This document shows, in pieces, positions 29,443-39,337 of a DNA stretch of 64,000 bases. The stretch is from Smithellaceae bacterium (GTDB lineage: Bacteria > Desulfobacterota > Syntrophia > Syntrophales > Smithellaceae). Location of the stretch: assembly GCA_963667845.2 (NCBI GenBank), contig CAXXVL010000001.1:96001-160000 (forward strand), read 5' to 3'. The notes under the pieces were generated by a model. It saw nothing but the letters and a program-made list of their open reading frames with translations, was not told the origin of the DNA and did not search any database. A program made the position numbers and the translations under genes. Each line of letters opens with the position of its first letter. The first letter of the stretch is position 1.

Positions 29443-29563
29443 GCGATCCCCTCACGGGGGCAAGGCCCAGCCGACAAAGCCAGCCGGCAAATGCAATTTG
29501 ATATTACAATTCTTCCTCTTTGGCGATCTGCGACCACCTGCGGGTGGCAAGACCACTCCCTAT
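29443..29563 (-). repeat. Two REP-like family C copies
   Basis: GCGATCCCCTCACGGGGGCAAGG (29443) and GCGACCACCTGCGGGTGGCAAGACCACTCCCTA (29530); the latter overlaps the moaE TAG. Confidence 0.5.
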
Positions 29564-29907
29564 AGCTCTTCTTCCTTAACGATCTCGGTCTTAATCAGCC
29601 CGATGAGTTCCTGAAATACCGGCAGAATGTCTTTGCGAAATCTGCCGGCCACGCAGACAAACATGATATCATCGCCGACCTTCAGTTGGCCTTCGTTGAT
29701 CCATGCCCGGATATCCACGATGCCTTCGGTCTGTTTAAACCGGTGCACGGCCGCGCTCAGCGCTTCGCGGTCATAGGAAAGCTTCATACCGCCCACGGGT
29801 TGCCCCTGTTTGGACGATGCCCGCACAATGCCGTTATGCACGAGAATCATTCCGAGCCCCTCCGGCGGACAGTCCCTTTTTATTTCTTTAATCCATTCTT
29901 CAACCAT
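29560..29907 (-). CDS. moaE: Molybdopterin synthase catalytic subunit MoaE
   Basis: GMILVHNGIVR, GQLKVGDDIMFVCVAGRFR; GGAGG RBS. Confidence 0.82.
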   Translation of the reverse strand: MVEEWIKEIKRDCPPEGLGMILVHNGIVRASSKQGQPVGGMKLSYDREALSAAVHRFKQTEGIVDIRAWINEGQLKVGDDIMFVCVAGRFRKDILPVFQELIGLIKTEIVKEEEL

Positions 29908-30463
29908 GAAGACCTCCGGGCTCTCCGGTGTCGGACGCGTCGCTTTTAGAGGCGGCGAGCTCAGTAAGTTTTGCGGAAATCCTTGCGGCCAGCGCCCGAA
30001 GCAGCGTCGAGTCCATATCCGGCAGATAACGTTCGGGGGAGGCGTCGCCGTTATTCCAGGTTCCGATGATCTCGCCGTCAAGCGCGAGGGGTACAATGGC
30101 CACCGACCGCGCAAAATATTTTCTCGCAGGCGGCATCAGCCGGTAAAAGGGCTGCAAATCGCTGTTGGCCAGAACAGGTTTCATCCCATCCTGCAGCAGC
30201 TTTGCCAGCAGTTCCCGCGGGACGATGCTCAGTCTGCTTTTTAAGATGTTCGACGATTGCGCGGAGGCGATCAGCGGCGCCGCTTTTTCGTGATCGGTGA
30301 GCGTGAGCCAGACAAAGGGAACGTCAAATTCTTTTTCGATCCCGGCCAGCAGACTTTCCAGGAGCGCGGCCGGGGTTTCGGCGGATGCGATGCCGGCTTC
30401 AATCCTTCCGAAGCGTGCGGCGATTTCTTCGTTGATGCGTTTAATATCTTCTTCGTTAATCAT
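29900..30463 (-). CDS. DUF484-like GAF-fold protein
   Basis: RSVAIVPL...GTWNNGD...RYLPDMDSTLL pattern; overlaps both neighbours. Confidence 0.65.
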   Translation of the reverse strand: MINEEDIKRINEEIAARFGRIEAGIASAETPAALLESLLAGIEKEFDVPFVWLTLTDHEKAAPLIASAQSSNILKSRLSIVPRELLAKLLQDGMKPVLANSDLQPFYRLMPPARKYFARSVAIVPLALDGEIIGTWNNGDASPERYLPDMDSTLLRALAARISAKLTELAASKSDASDTGEPGGLHG

Positions 30464-31242
30464 TACAATTTCCCTTCCCACTCTGCATAAATCACCGCAT
30501 GATCCGATGGTCGCTCGGCGAGCCGCGTCTGCATGTCGATCGTGCACCGGCTGGAACGGACCGCCAGCGGTTTCGTTGCCAGGATGTGGTCCACCCGCCA
30601 CCCCATATTGCGGCCGACCGAATCGCGGACGCGGTAATCAAAAAATGTATACTGGCCCGGTTCATCGGGATGATGTTTGCGAAACACATCCGTAAGCCCC
30701 CAGGACCGGACATCCTCATATGCCTTCCAGACCTCAGGATTGAAGGACACATGACCCAGAATCCGTTTGGGGTCGTGGACGTCCATCTGCTCGGGTGCGA
30801 CGTTGAAATCGCCGCACAGGATTAATTTTTGATCCGGCTTGAATTTTTTTTGCAGATATTTTTTCAGCCGGGCAAGCCATTCCAGTTTATAGGCAAATTG
30901 CGGCCGGTCGACCTTTTGTCCCTGCGGAACATAGGCGTTCAGGATATTCAGGTCGCCGATCTGCGCCCAGATCAGCCGGTCCGGGTCTGCCGGGTCGTCG
31001 GGCAGGCCGAATGTAATTTTTTGCGGTTTTTGCCGGGAGGCGATCGCCACGCCGTTGTATTGCTTATTGCCGCGGTAGGCCACAGCATAGCCCGCGGCCT
31101 CAAATTCGGCGGCAGGAAACTGGGCGTCGTCAACTTTCGTCTCCTGCATGCAGAGAATGTCCGGCTGATTGTTTTGCAGCCAGGGCAAAACAATATGCAG
31201 ACGGGAGCGGATCGAGTTCACATTGTAGGAGGCAATCTTCAA
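30463..31242 (-). CDS. xth: Exodeoxyribonuclease III
   Basis: IASYNVNSIR, QETK, YNGVA, YVPQG, GDFN, RVDHIL, SDH. TTG start assumed; ATG 31260 is possible. Confidence 0.93.
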   Translation of the reverse strand: MKIASYNVNSIRSRLHIVLPWLQNNQPDILCMQETKVDDAQFPAAEFEAAGYAVAYRGNKQYNGVAIASRQKPQKITFGLPDDPADPDRLIWAQIGDLNILNAYVPQGQKVDRPQFAYKLEWLARLKKYLQKKFKPDQKLILCGDFNVAPEQMDVHDPKRILGHVSFNPEVWKAYEDVRSWGLTDVFRKHHPDEPGQYTFFDYRVRDSVGRNMGWRVDHILATKPLAVRSSRCTIDMQTRLAERPSDHAVIYAEWEGKL

Positions 31243-31390
31243 ATTCGGTAACCCTTTCATCCTTTGCGCCATTATTACCATGACCGGCGACTGCGCTCAA
31301 GAATTTTTGCGGCCGTTCCCAAAAGCGGTCATTCCGGGATTGAGGGAAAATAATAGCGGCGGAAGCCTCAGGTGCGGAAGCGTATGCTCA

Positions 31391-32287
31391 TTACAGCCAT
31401 TGATTGGGCTTTGCCAGCCGGCCGGGAATTTCCAGCCGATCCAGGCCTCCGGTTTGCAGCCAGCGCCTGGTGCTTTCAAAGGCCTGGGTCATGTACTGGG
31501 CCGTCCCGGATAAATCATAAAAAGAACGGCCGGCCGTGTAAACGGGCGGGACAATATGGATCAGCATATCGTTTTGGTAGGTGTCGACATCCCGAAGAAA
31601 CTGATAGCCGATCAGGAGATTCAAGGAATGGGCAAAAGTATCAATGATTCCCGAAGGCGCCCGATCCAGCGTTTTGGGATAGCCGGCGGGGAGGACAAAT
31701 ATTTCCTGCGCGCCGTATTGCGCAGCAACCGACAGCGGTGCATTGCCCGAAATGCCGCCGTCAATCAGGAAACGTCCGGCAATTTCCACGGGCGGATAAA
31801 TGCCGGGCAATGCCGTGCTGGCCAGAACGGCCCGAACAACATTCCCTGAGGTCAGCACAACCTGCTCGCCCGTCATCAAGTCCGTGGCCGTGATCAGACA
31901 GGTGAGGAGGGCATCGGCAAGCGTTGTATACTGAATATTTCGCGCAATCAGACTTTTCAACCCCCGGGGCGAAACCAGAAAGTTCCTTTTCCTGATGACA
32001 TTAAGGAGGCTATCCAGAAAATTGAACGGGAAGACGTCTTCTCTGCGGACGCCCAGCCAGATCTTTTCCAGTTCAGAAACTCCGCTGGGCGTTGGATTTC
32101 CGCACAGGTATGCTGCATTAATGGCGCCCACAGACGTGCCGACAAAAAGATCCGGTGTGATTCCCTCTTCGAAAAGCGCCTTGACCATGCCGACCTGGAC
32201 CGAGCCCAGTCCGCTGCCGCCGGAGAGCACAAAGGCCGTTTTCTTCTTTTGCGCTTTTTTGTTTTCGGAGATTTCTGGCATCGTCAT
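31391..32287 (-). CDS. Patatin-like phospholipase
   Basis: LSGGSGLG, GTSVG nucleophile, DGG. Confidence 0.88.
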   Translation of the reverse strand: MTMPEISENKKAQKKKTAFVLSGGSGLGSVQVGMVKALFEEGITPDLFVGTSVGAINAAYLCGNPTPSGVSELEKIWLGVRREDVFPFNFLDSLLNVIRKRNFLVSPRGLKSLIARNIQYTTLADALLTCLITATDLMTGEQVVLTSGNVVRAVLASTALPGIYPPVEIAGRFLIDGGISGNAPLSVAAQYGAQEIFVLPAGYPKTLDRAPSGIIDTFAHSLNLLIGYQFLRDVDTYQNDMLIHIVPPVYTAGRSFYDLSGTAQYMTQAFESTRRWLQTGGLDRLEIPGRLAKPNQWL

Positions 32288-32302
32288 CACCGGGAAAAAT
32301 AA

Positions 32303-32914
32303 TCAGCCGACAAGTTTGGCAGTGATGACTGCCACATGCCGTCCCTGATAGCGCGCCGCCGCCAATTCATTAGCGCTGGGCATCCGCTCGCCCTGTCCGC
32401 CGGCAATCGTCGATGCGCCGTAAGGCGATGAACCCGTGATCTCATCAATCCTCATCTGACCCTGAAAGGTATAAGGCAGACCGACAATGATCATGCCGTG
32501 ATGCAGCAGGGTATTATGCGTGGACAGGATCGTGGTTTCCTGGCCGCCGTGCTGTGTTGCCGAACAGGTAAAAACACTGCCGACTTTACCCACGAGGGTT
32601 CCCCTGATCCAGAGCGAGCCGGTCGAGTCGAGAAATGCCCGCATCTGGGCGCACATATTTCCGAACCGCGTCGGCGTCCCGAGAATAATCGCATCCGCCT
32701 TTTCCAGATCATCGACCGTAGCGACCGGCAGATGCAGAAATTCCTTTTGCGCCGAAGCGATGCCTAGTTTCTCCAGCATACTCTGGTCGAGAAGCTCCGG
32801 CACCCTTTTCAACTCGACATGCGCCCCCTCGACTTCCGTGACGCCTTCGGCGACGGCCTTGGCCATCTGGTAGATATGCCCGTATGCGGAATAAAAAATA
32901 ACTGCGATTTTCAT
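32303..32914 (-). CDS. wrbA: NAD(P)H:quinone oxidoreductase WrbA
   Basis: [30 protein letters not shown]. Confidence 0.93.
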   Translation of the reverse strand: MKIAVIFYSAYGHIYQMAKAVAEGVTEVEGAHVELKRVPELLDQSMLEKLGIASAQKEFLHLPVATVDDLEKADAIILGTPTRFGNMCAQMRAFLDSTGSLWIRGTLVGKVGSVFTCSATQHGGQETTILSTHNTLLHHGMIIVGLPYTFQGQMRIDEITGSSPYGASTIAGGQGERMPSANELAAARYQGRHVAVITAKLVG

Positions 32915-33236
32915 GGTTTACCTCAAGTGTTTCACTGAATTTATTGGGACAATACGATGTCTTTTCTTTCTCGTGTAAACCGGCGTTAAAGTTACTGAGA
33001 CTGCGCGCAATCTACATTATTAATTAAAATAAGCATGCTTTTGTCCGTAAACAATGAAGATGCAGATTTTTTACAACCGGAATGATTAATTGTCGCGTGC
33101 CGGGCAGGCTCTGCCGGTTGATCTTTTTTCAAAAAAGAGGCAGCCGATGCATCCGTAATCGATTAGGATTTTTTTGCGGTAGTTCATAAAATTGTGTATA
33201 GGTTTTTTGAAGGAAGAGTCTCCGGAGTTGTCATAA

Positions 33237-34328
33237 ATGGAAAAGGTGGACATTACGATTATCGGTGCCGGTGTCATCGGGCTTGCTGTGGCGGCTAAGC
33301 TTGCCCGTCCGGACCGTCATGTCTTTATCCTGGAGAAGAATGAGACGCATGGCGGCGGTATCAGCTCGCGCAATAGTGAAGTCATTCACGCCGGTCTTTA
33401 TTACCCCGGGGGATCGTTAAAGGCGAGCCTGTGCGTTACCGGAAACCGGCTCCTTTATGAAGTCGCCGGCCGCTTTGGCATTCCCCATAAAAGAGTCGGC
33501 AAACTGGTCGTGGCGGCAAATTCGGCCGAAGGTGACGAGATCGAAAAACTGTGCGAGAACGGCCGCAAAAACGGCGCCGGGTCTTTGTCGCTGATCGGCA
33601 GGAGACAGCTTGCGCAATTGGAACCTCACGTTAAGGCCCAGGCGGCGCTTCTCTCGCCGGAAACCGGCATCATTGATACGCACGCCCTGATGAACTGTTT
33701 CCTCAGACAGGCCGAAGACAAAAAGGCCAGGCTGGTCTGCCGCACACGGGTGTCTCATATTGAACGGGAGTCTCCGGGGTGGCGGATCTTTGCCGAAGGC
33801 GACAGGGGCGATGCCTATGAGTTTTTGACGGCGATTGTCATCAATGCCGCCGGGCTTGCCTCCGACACCATCGCCAACATGGCCGGCGCGCACTATCAAC
33901 TGCATTACTGCAAAGGCGATTATTGCAGCCTCTCCGGTATCGGACCGGGACGGATCGGACGGCTGATCTATCCGGCGCCTGTGAAGAATCAGGCGGGCCT
34001 TGGTGTGCATCTGACGCCCGACTTGAACGGGCGATTCAGGCTGGGGCCGGACGCAACCTACGTCGAGCGCCGGGAGGAGTATGGCGTTTCCCCGGAGAAG
34101 GCGGCACTCTTTTATGAGCACGCCAGAAAATTTTTGCCTTTTTTGCAGCCGGAAAATGTTCACCCGGATATGGCCGGCATCCGCCCCAAATTGCAGGGTC
34201 CCGAGGACCCGTTCGCCGATTTTGTCATTCGCGAAGATGCGCCGGGGTTTATCAATCTCGTCGGTATTGAATCGCCGGGCCTCACCGCCTCGCCAGCCAT
34301 TGCCAGCTATGTCGAAAAAATGCTTTAG
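33237..34328 (+). CDS. FAD-dependent oxidoreductase, L-2-hydroxyglutarate oxidase (LhgO) family
   Basis: IGAGVIG, SSRNSEVIHAG, GLGVHLT, AGIRPKL, GIESPGLT. Confidence 0.85.
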   Translation: MEKVDITIIGAGVIGLAVAAKLARPDRHVFILEKNETHGGGISSRNSEVIHAGLYYPGGSLKASLCVTGNRLLYEVAGRFGIPHKRVGKLVVAANSAEGDEIEKLCENGRKNGAGSLSLIGRRQLAQLEPHVKAQAALLSPETGIIDTHALMNCFLRQAEDKKARLVCRTRVSHIERESPGWRIFAEGDRGDAYEFLTAIVINAAGLASDTIANMAGAHYQLHYCKGDYCSLSGIGPGRIGRLIYPAPVKNQAGLGVHLTPDLNGRFRLGPDATYVERREEYGVSPEKAALFYEHARKFLPFLQPENVHPDMAGIRPKLQGPEDPFADFVIREDAPGFINLVGIESPGLTASPAIASYVEKML

Positions 34329-34335
34329 GGATCGT

Positions 34336-34370
34336 GAACCTCGAACCTTGATCCTTGTACCTTGAACCTA
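34336..34370. repeat. Degenerate heptamer tandem repeat
   Basis: GAACCTC GAACCTT GATCCTT GTACCTT GAACCTA. Confidence 0.6.
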
Positions 34371-34381
34371 TCTTTTTTATA

Positions 34382-34410
34382 TTGACACGCCATGGACCTT
34401 CCCCTATAAG
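34382..34410 (+). promoter_or_regulatory. sigma70-type promoter of liv operon 1
   Basis: TTGACA-17 nt-TATAAG. Confidence 0.7.
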
Positions 34411-34449
34411 CTTTGGCAAAATATTTAAATCAATGCGGGAGCCATTTTT

Positions 34450-35616
34450 ATGAAAAAAACAGTGATTTTAATCATTCTTTTGGTGACTCTTTCCCTTAGT
34501 GTTTTCGGCTGCGGCAAAGAGGATTCTTCCCAAATCAAAATAGGCTTGATTGCCGAACTGACGGGCGATATTCCGGCTGTCGGCGCCTCCTGCAAAAAAG
34601 CGGCGGACATGGCCGTGCAGGATGTGAACGACATGGGCGGCATTCAACTGGGCGACAAGAAATATAAAATAAAACTCATTGTCGAGGATAACGCCGGGAA
34701 AGCCGATCAATCGGCCTCCGCGGCGCAGAAGCTGATCACACAAAATAAGGTACTGGCGATTGTTGGTCCGAATGCCAGCCGCTATGCACTGCCCGCCGCC
34801 GAGATTGCCGAAACCAGCAAGGTGGTCCTCATCACCCCGTGGTCCACCACGCCGAAGGCGACGCTCGATTCCAAAACCAATGCTTCCAAAAGATATGTTT
34901 TCCGCGCCTGCTTCATCGATCCTTTCCAGGGAAGGGTGCTTGCCAAATTCGTTCTCGATGAACTAAAACTTACGAAAGCGGCGGTGCTCTATGATGTCGC
35001 CTCCGAATACAACAAAGGCATCGCCGAGATATTCAAGGATGTCTATGAGCAAAACGGCGGGAAGGTCGTCGCCTTTGAAACATACACGACCAACGACAAG
35101 GATTTTTCGTCGCAGCTCACAAAAATTAAAAGAGCCGCTCCGGACATCATTTTCCTGCCCAATTATTACAGCGAAATACCGCTGCAGATTCAGCAGGCGA
35201 AACGCCTGGGCATTACCGTGCCGTTTGTCGGCGCCGACGCCTGGGGCAGTTCCGAACTCATGAAGCTGTGCGGCAACGACTGCAACGGCTATTATTTCAG
35301 TACGCACTACGCCGCCGATGCCGCGACGGAGACGACCAAAAAATTCATCGCGGGCTACCGGGCCAAGTACGACGCGACGCCGGATGACGTAGCGGCCCTG
35401 ACCTATGATTCATTCGGACTTCTGTTTCAGGCACTGAAAACCGCCGGCAAGAACGACCGCCAGGCTCTCCGCGATGCGCTCGCGAAAATTCCCCAGTATG
35501 GCGGCGTGACGGGCAACATGCAATTCAAGGAAGGCTCGGGCGACCCGATCAAAAGCGCGGTGATTCTGAAGATCAAGGATGGGAAGTTTACCTGGTATGC
35601 CAACGCCAAACCCTGA
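34450..35616 (+). CDS. livK: Branched-chain amino acid ABC transporter substrate-binding lipoprotein
   Basis: Lipobox VFGC, IKIGLIAELTG, YVFRACFIDPFQG. Confidence 0.88.
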   Translation: MKKTVILIILLVTLSLSVFGCGKEDSSQIKIGLIAELTGDIPAVGASCKKAADMAVQDVNDMGGIQLGDKKYKIKLIVEDNAGKADQSASAAQKLITQNKVLAIVGPNASRYALPAAEIAETSKVVLITPWSTTPKATLDSKTNASKRYVFRACFIDPFQGRVLAKFVLDELKLTKAAVLYDVASEYNKGIAEIFKDVYEQNGGKVVAFETYTTNDKDFSSQLTKIKRAAPDIIFLPNYYSEIPLQIQQAKRLGITVPFVGADAWGSSELMKLCGNDCNGYYFSTHYAADAATETTKKFIAGYRAKYDATPDDVAALTYDSFGLLFQALKTAGKNDRQALRDALAKIPQYGGVTGNMQFKEGSGDPIKSAVILKIKDGKFTWYANAKP

Positions 35617-35739
35617 CGGCTCGTTAAAATACCCACATACTGCGTTGCGCTTCAGCATTTAGTCACTGCGGCCTACACAAGTAGGCCTCATTCCTAAAGC
35701 TTCGCGCGCCTTGTCTCCGGGCATTTTCTCCAAGCCGTC
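35615..35739. mobile_element. MITE-like element sharing its core with the 10821 element (family B)
   Basis: Imperfect inverted ends GACGGCTCGTTAAAAT / ATTTTCTCCAAGCCGTC; core CTGCGTTGC.CTTC.GC ... CGCCTTGTCTC. Confidence 0.65.
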
Positions 35740-35791
35740 TCCAAGGTGTTGTTCCCGCAGGGCGGGAATACAGTTCACTGAGGTAGGGGAT

Positions 35792-35832
35792 GGTTAAGGC
35801 CGCTCCGCGTGCGGCCTTAACCTCCCTCTTTT
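35792..35832 (+). terminator. Intra-operon hairpin / attenuating terminator between livK and livH
   Basis: Perfect 12-bp stem GGTTAAGGCCGC/GCGGCCTTAACC followed by a pyrimidine/T tract. Confidence 0.6.
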
Positions 35833-35845
35833 ATTATGGAAATTT

Positions 35846-36721
35846 ATGGCTTATATTTTTCAACAGACTCTTAATGCCTTGCAGCTGGGCAGCATTTACG
35901 CGCTCATCGCCCTGGGCTACACGATGGTTTACGGCATCCTGACGATGATCAACTTCGCCCACGGCGATTTGTTCATGGTCGGGGCATTCTTCTGTTTTCT
36001 CATCGCCGTTTATCTCCATCTGTCCTTTGTCCCGACGCTGCTTTTATCCATGCTGGGCGTGGCCTTTCTGGGCGTGCTCATCGAACGGCTGGCCTATAAA
36101 CCGCTGCGCAATGCTCCGCGCGTTTCCGCCATTATCACCGCTCTGGGCGTCGGACTTTTTCTGGAGAATTTCACGCTGGCGCTTTCGCCTTATCCCAAGC
36201 ACATTCCGCCGCTTCTGGAAAATGTCACGTGGACGGTCGGCTCGCTTTCCATTTCTTCTCTGCAGATCATTGTGATCGTCCTATCGCTTTGCCTGATGCT
36301 GATTCTGGATTTCGTCGTGCAGCACACCAAGGCAGGCATGGCCATGCGCGCCATTTCCTGGGACAAGTCCATTGTCCCGCTGATGGGTGTGTCGGTGAAT
36401 AAAATCATCTCTCTTACGTTTGCCATCGGCACGGGCCTGGGCGGCGCGGCCGGCGTGATGTATGGTCTGGCCTACCCGGTGATCGATCCCTACATGGGCA
36501 TCATGGTCGGCTGGAAAGCATTCATTTGCGCCGTGGTGGGTGGCATCGGCAATATCCGCGGCGCGATGATCGGCGGCTTCATTCTGGGTGCGGTGGAAAT
36601 TATGGTTGCCGCGTTTCTGCCTTCCACCTACCGCGATTTTGTGGCCTTCACGCTGCTCCTCATCCTTCTGATCCTGAGGCCTTACGGCATTCTGGGCAAG
36701 CCGCACCCGCAAAAGGTTTAG
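35846..36721 (+). CDS. livH: BCAA ABC permease
   Basis: GSIYALIALGYTMVYG, INFAHG, VGGIGNIRGA. Confidence 0.92.
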   Translation: MAYIFQQTLNALQLGSIYALIALGYTMVYGILTMINFAHGDLFMVGAFFCFLIAVYLHLSFVPTLLLSMLGVAFLGVLIERLAYKPLRNAPRVSAIITALGVGLFLENFTLALSPYPKHIPPLLENVTWTVGSLSISSLQIIVIVLSLCLMLILDFVVQHTKAGMAMRAISWDKSIVPLMGVSVNKIISLTFAIGTGLGGAAGVMYGLAYPVIDPYMGIMVGWKAFICAVVGGIGNIRGAMIGGFILGAVEIMVAAFLPSTYRDFVAFTLLLILLILRPYGILGKPHPQKV

Positions 36722-36723
36722 TG

Positions 36724-37767
36724 ATGTCCTCAATCAAAACCGCATATCATCGGCTCGTCAAACACTGGCATACGCTTACCGGCTACAGGTTTTTCTGGCC
36801 GGTCTTCGTGCTGTCCGGTCTGGCCTTTTGCATCGCCGTCGACCAATTCGAATTTCTGGATTTATACCTGCAGCTGATTTTGATTTATGTGGGCATCAAC
36901 ATCATTCTCACCGTCAGCTTGAATCTGATCAACGGTTACATGGGCGAATTTTCCGTGGGGCACGCGGGCTTCATGGCCGTGGGTGCATATATTGCCTCCC
37001 TGCTGACCGTTTACGTATTTCCGGCGGGTGCTCCTGAGCTGCTTTTCCCACTGGCGATTCTGGCGGGCGGCGTCGGTGCGGCGGCAATCGGTTTCCTGGT
37101 CGCCATCCCCTCTTTTAAAACACGCGGTGATTACCTGGCCATTGTCACCCTGGCCTTCTGCATGATTGTCAAATCCGTCCTGGAAAACATTGATGCCGTC
37201 GGCGGGCCGCGCGGGCTTCTGGGCATGGAAAAGCTCACGACGCTGCCGTGGGTGTTCTTCTGGACCGCTCTTTCCGTCTGGGTGATCCGCAATCTGGTTT
37301 ATTCCAATTTCGGGCGCGGCGTGTTGTCTGTCCGGGAAGATGAAATCGCCAGCGACCTGATGAGCGTCAATACACGGCAGGTCAAAATTATCGCCTTTGT
37401 TGTCTCATCGTTCTTTGCGGGCATTGCCGGGGGCCTCTTCGCCCATGCGCTGCAGTTCATCAACCCCCGCATGTTCGACATCATCAAATCCACCGATATC
37501 CTCATCATGGTTTACTTAGGCGGCGTCGCGTCTATTTCCGGTTCGATTGTCGGCGCGGTCATTTATACGATCCTGCTGGAAATCCTGCGGCCGATGGGCA
37601 TCTGGCGTATGGTGTTTATGCCGCTCATGCTGGTGCTCCTCATGATTTACCGTCCGCGCGGCATTATGGGTTTGAAGGAAGCCCGCCTGTTTGAGCCGCT
37701 TCGCGATCTGGTGACCCAGAAACTGTGGCGGCAAAAGAAAAAGGAGGCTCCGGATGCCGCTGATTGA
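36724..37767 (+). CDS. livM: BCAA ABC permease
   Basis: SLNLINGYMGEFSVGHAGF, RGDYLAIVTL, REDEIA. Confidence 0.92.
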   Translation: MSSIKTAYHRLVKHWHTLTGYRFFWPVFVLSGLAFCIAVDQFEFLDLYLQLILIYVGINIILTVSLNLINGYMGEFSVGHAGFMAVGAYIASLLTVYVFPAGAPELLFPLAILAGGVGAAAIGFLVAIPSFKTRGDYLAIVTLAFCMIVKSVLENIDAVGGPRGLLGMEKLTTLPWVFFWTALSVWVIRNLVYSNFGRGVLSVREDEIASDLMSVNTRQVKIIAFVVSSFFAGIAGGLFAHALQFINPRMFDIIKSTDILIMVYLGGVASISGSIVGAVIYTILLEILRPMGIWRMVFMPLMLVLLMIYRPRGIMGLKEARLFEPLRDLVTQKLWRQKKKEAPDAAD

Positions 37768-38524
37768 AATATCCAAACTCACGCACCGCTTCGCGGGCCT
37801 TTGCGCCGTATCTGATTTCAATCTGGTTGTTGAACCGCATGAACTCGTCGGCATTATCGGACCCAACGGGGCGGGAAAGACAACCGTCTTCAACCTGATC
37901 ACCGGCGTCTACCGGGCGACAGAAGGCAGCATTAAACTGGACGGCCGGGAGCTCGTGGGCCTTACACCTCATCGAATCACCCGTCTGGGCATCGCCCGCA
38001 CCTTTCAGAACATCCGCCTCTTCAAGGAACTTTCCGTGCTGGATAACGTCCGCATCGCTTACTACGGCCAGATTGCCTACACGCCGGCCGAGGCACTTCT
38101 GCACATCGGGCGGTTCCGCGCCGAAGAACGGCGCATCACAACCCGGGCGCTGGATTTACTCTCTGCCTTCAAGCTCGATGAGTCCGCGAATGAAAAAGCC
38201 AGAAACCTGTCTTACGGGCTGCAGCGCCGCCTGGAGATTGCCCGGGCTCTGGCGACCGGGCCTCAGCTTCTCCTTCTGGATGAGCCGGCCGCCGGTATGA
38301 ATCCCAATGAAATCATTCAGCTCATGGAGTTCATTCGCTGGATCCGCAAGACGTTCTCCGTCACCATCATTCTGATTGAACATCAGATGCGGCTGGTGAT
38401 GGGCATTTGTGAACGTCTGGTCGTGCTGGATTTCGGCGCCACGATCGCCCAAGGCCTGCCTGCACAGATTCAGACAAATTCCAAAGTGCTGGAAGCCTAT
38501 CTGGGTGTGGAGGTCGCATCATGA
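37754..38524 (+). CDS. livG: BCAA ABC ATPase
   Basis: GPNGAGKT, RTFQNIRLF, LSYG, LLLDEPAAG. Confidence 0.93.
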   Translation: MPLIEISKLTHRFAGLCAVSDFNLVVEPHELVGIIGPNGAGKTTVFNLITGVYRATEGSIKLDGRELVGLTPHRITRLGIARTFQNIRLFKELSVLDNVRIAYYGQIAYTPAEALLHIGRFRAEERRITTRALDLLSAFKLDESANEKARNLSYGLQRRLEIARALATGPQLLLLDEPAAGMNPNEIIQLMEFIRWIRKTFSVTIILIEHQMRLVMGICERLVVLDFGATIAQGLPAQIQTNSKVLEAYLGVEVAS

Positions 38525-39240
38525 ACCATCCCGACCTTCTGCTTTCGGTTGCCAACCTGAGCGTTTTCTATGACAGCATCAAAGCGGTTAACGATATTTC
38601 CTTTGAAGTGGCGCGCGGTGAAATTGTCACGCTCATCGGCGCCAACGGCGCGGGGAAATCATCCATCCTGCGGGCCATCTCCGGCATGATCCCTTACGGG
38701 GGCAGCATTTCCTATGCGGGGAAAGATTTGAAAAACATCGCCGCCGATCAGATCGTCGCCGCGGGAATCGCCCATGTTCCGGAAGGCCGCGGTATTTTCG
38801 GCAACCTTACGGTGATGGAAAATCTCCGGCTCGCCTGCTGGCAGCGCAAGGACAAAGCAAAAATTGCCGCTGATCTGAAACATGTCTTTGAACTCTTTCC
38901 CCGTATGCAGGAGCGAGGCAGGCAATTGGCTGGCATGCTTTCCGGCGGCGAACAGCAAATGCTGGCGGTGGGGCGGGCGCTCATGACCGATGCCCGGATG
39001 CTCTTGCTCGACGAACCGTCCATGGGGCTCTCACCCGTTCTGGTGCGGGATATTTTCAAGATCATCCGCGAAATCAATCAGGCGGGGAAGACCATTCTGC
39101 TCGTGGAACAAAACGCGAACATGTCGCTCTCCATCGCTTCCCGGGGCTACGTTCTGGAAACCGGAAGCATCGTGCTTTCCGGAGCGGGCAAAGAACTGAC
39201 CGGTAATCCCCGCGTCAGGGAAGCCTACCTCGGCGGGTAG
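38521..39240 (+). CDS. livF: BCAA ABC ATPase
   Basis: GANGAGKS, VPEGR, LSGGEQQM, LVEQN. Confidence 0.93.
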   Translation: MNHPDLLLSVANLSVFYDSIKAVNDISFEVARGEIVTLIGANGAGKSSILRAISGMIPYGGSISYAGKDLKNIAADQIVAAGIAHVPEGRGIFGNLTVMENLRLACWQRKDKAKIAADLKHVFELFPRMQERGRQLAGMLSGGEQQMLAVGRALMTDARMLLLDEPSMGLSPVLVRDIFKIIREINQAGKTILLVEQNANMSLSIASRGYVLETGSIVLSGAGKELTGNPRVREAYLGG

Positions 39241-39337
39241 ACGTTGTGGCGGCAGCGATTGAAAAAAATGCAGTCGGACCGCAACCGAAACAATCGCGAG
39301 AGGTGAGGCGGATGAGGACAGCGGCTGCGAGGCAACA

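Noticed and set aside
35745..35773. TTCCCGCAGGGCGGGAATACAG hairpin resembling ATTCCCGC-type REPs
   Set aside because: A single degenerate copy with only a partial match near 29325; too little support to call a family.
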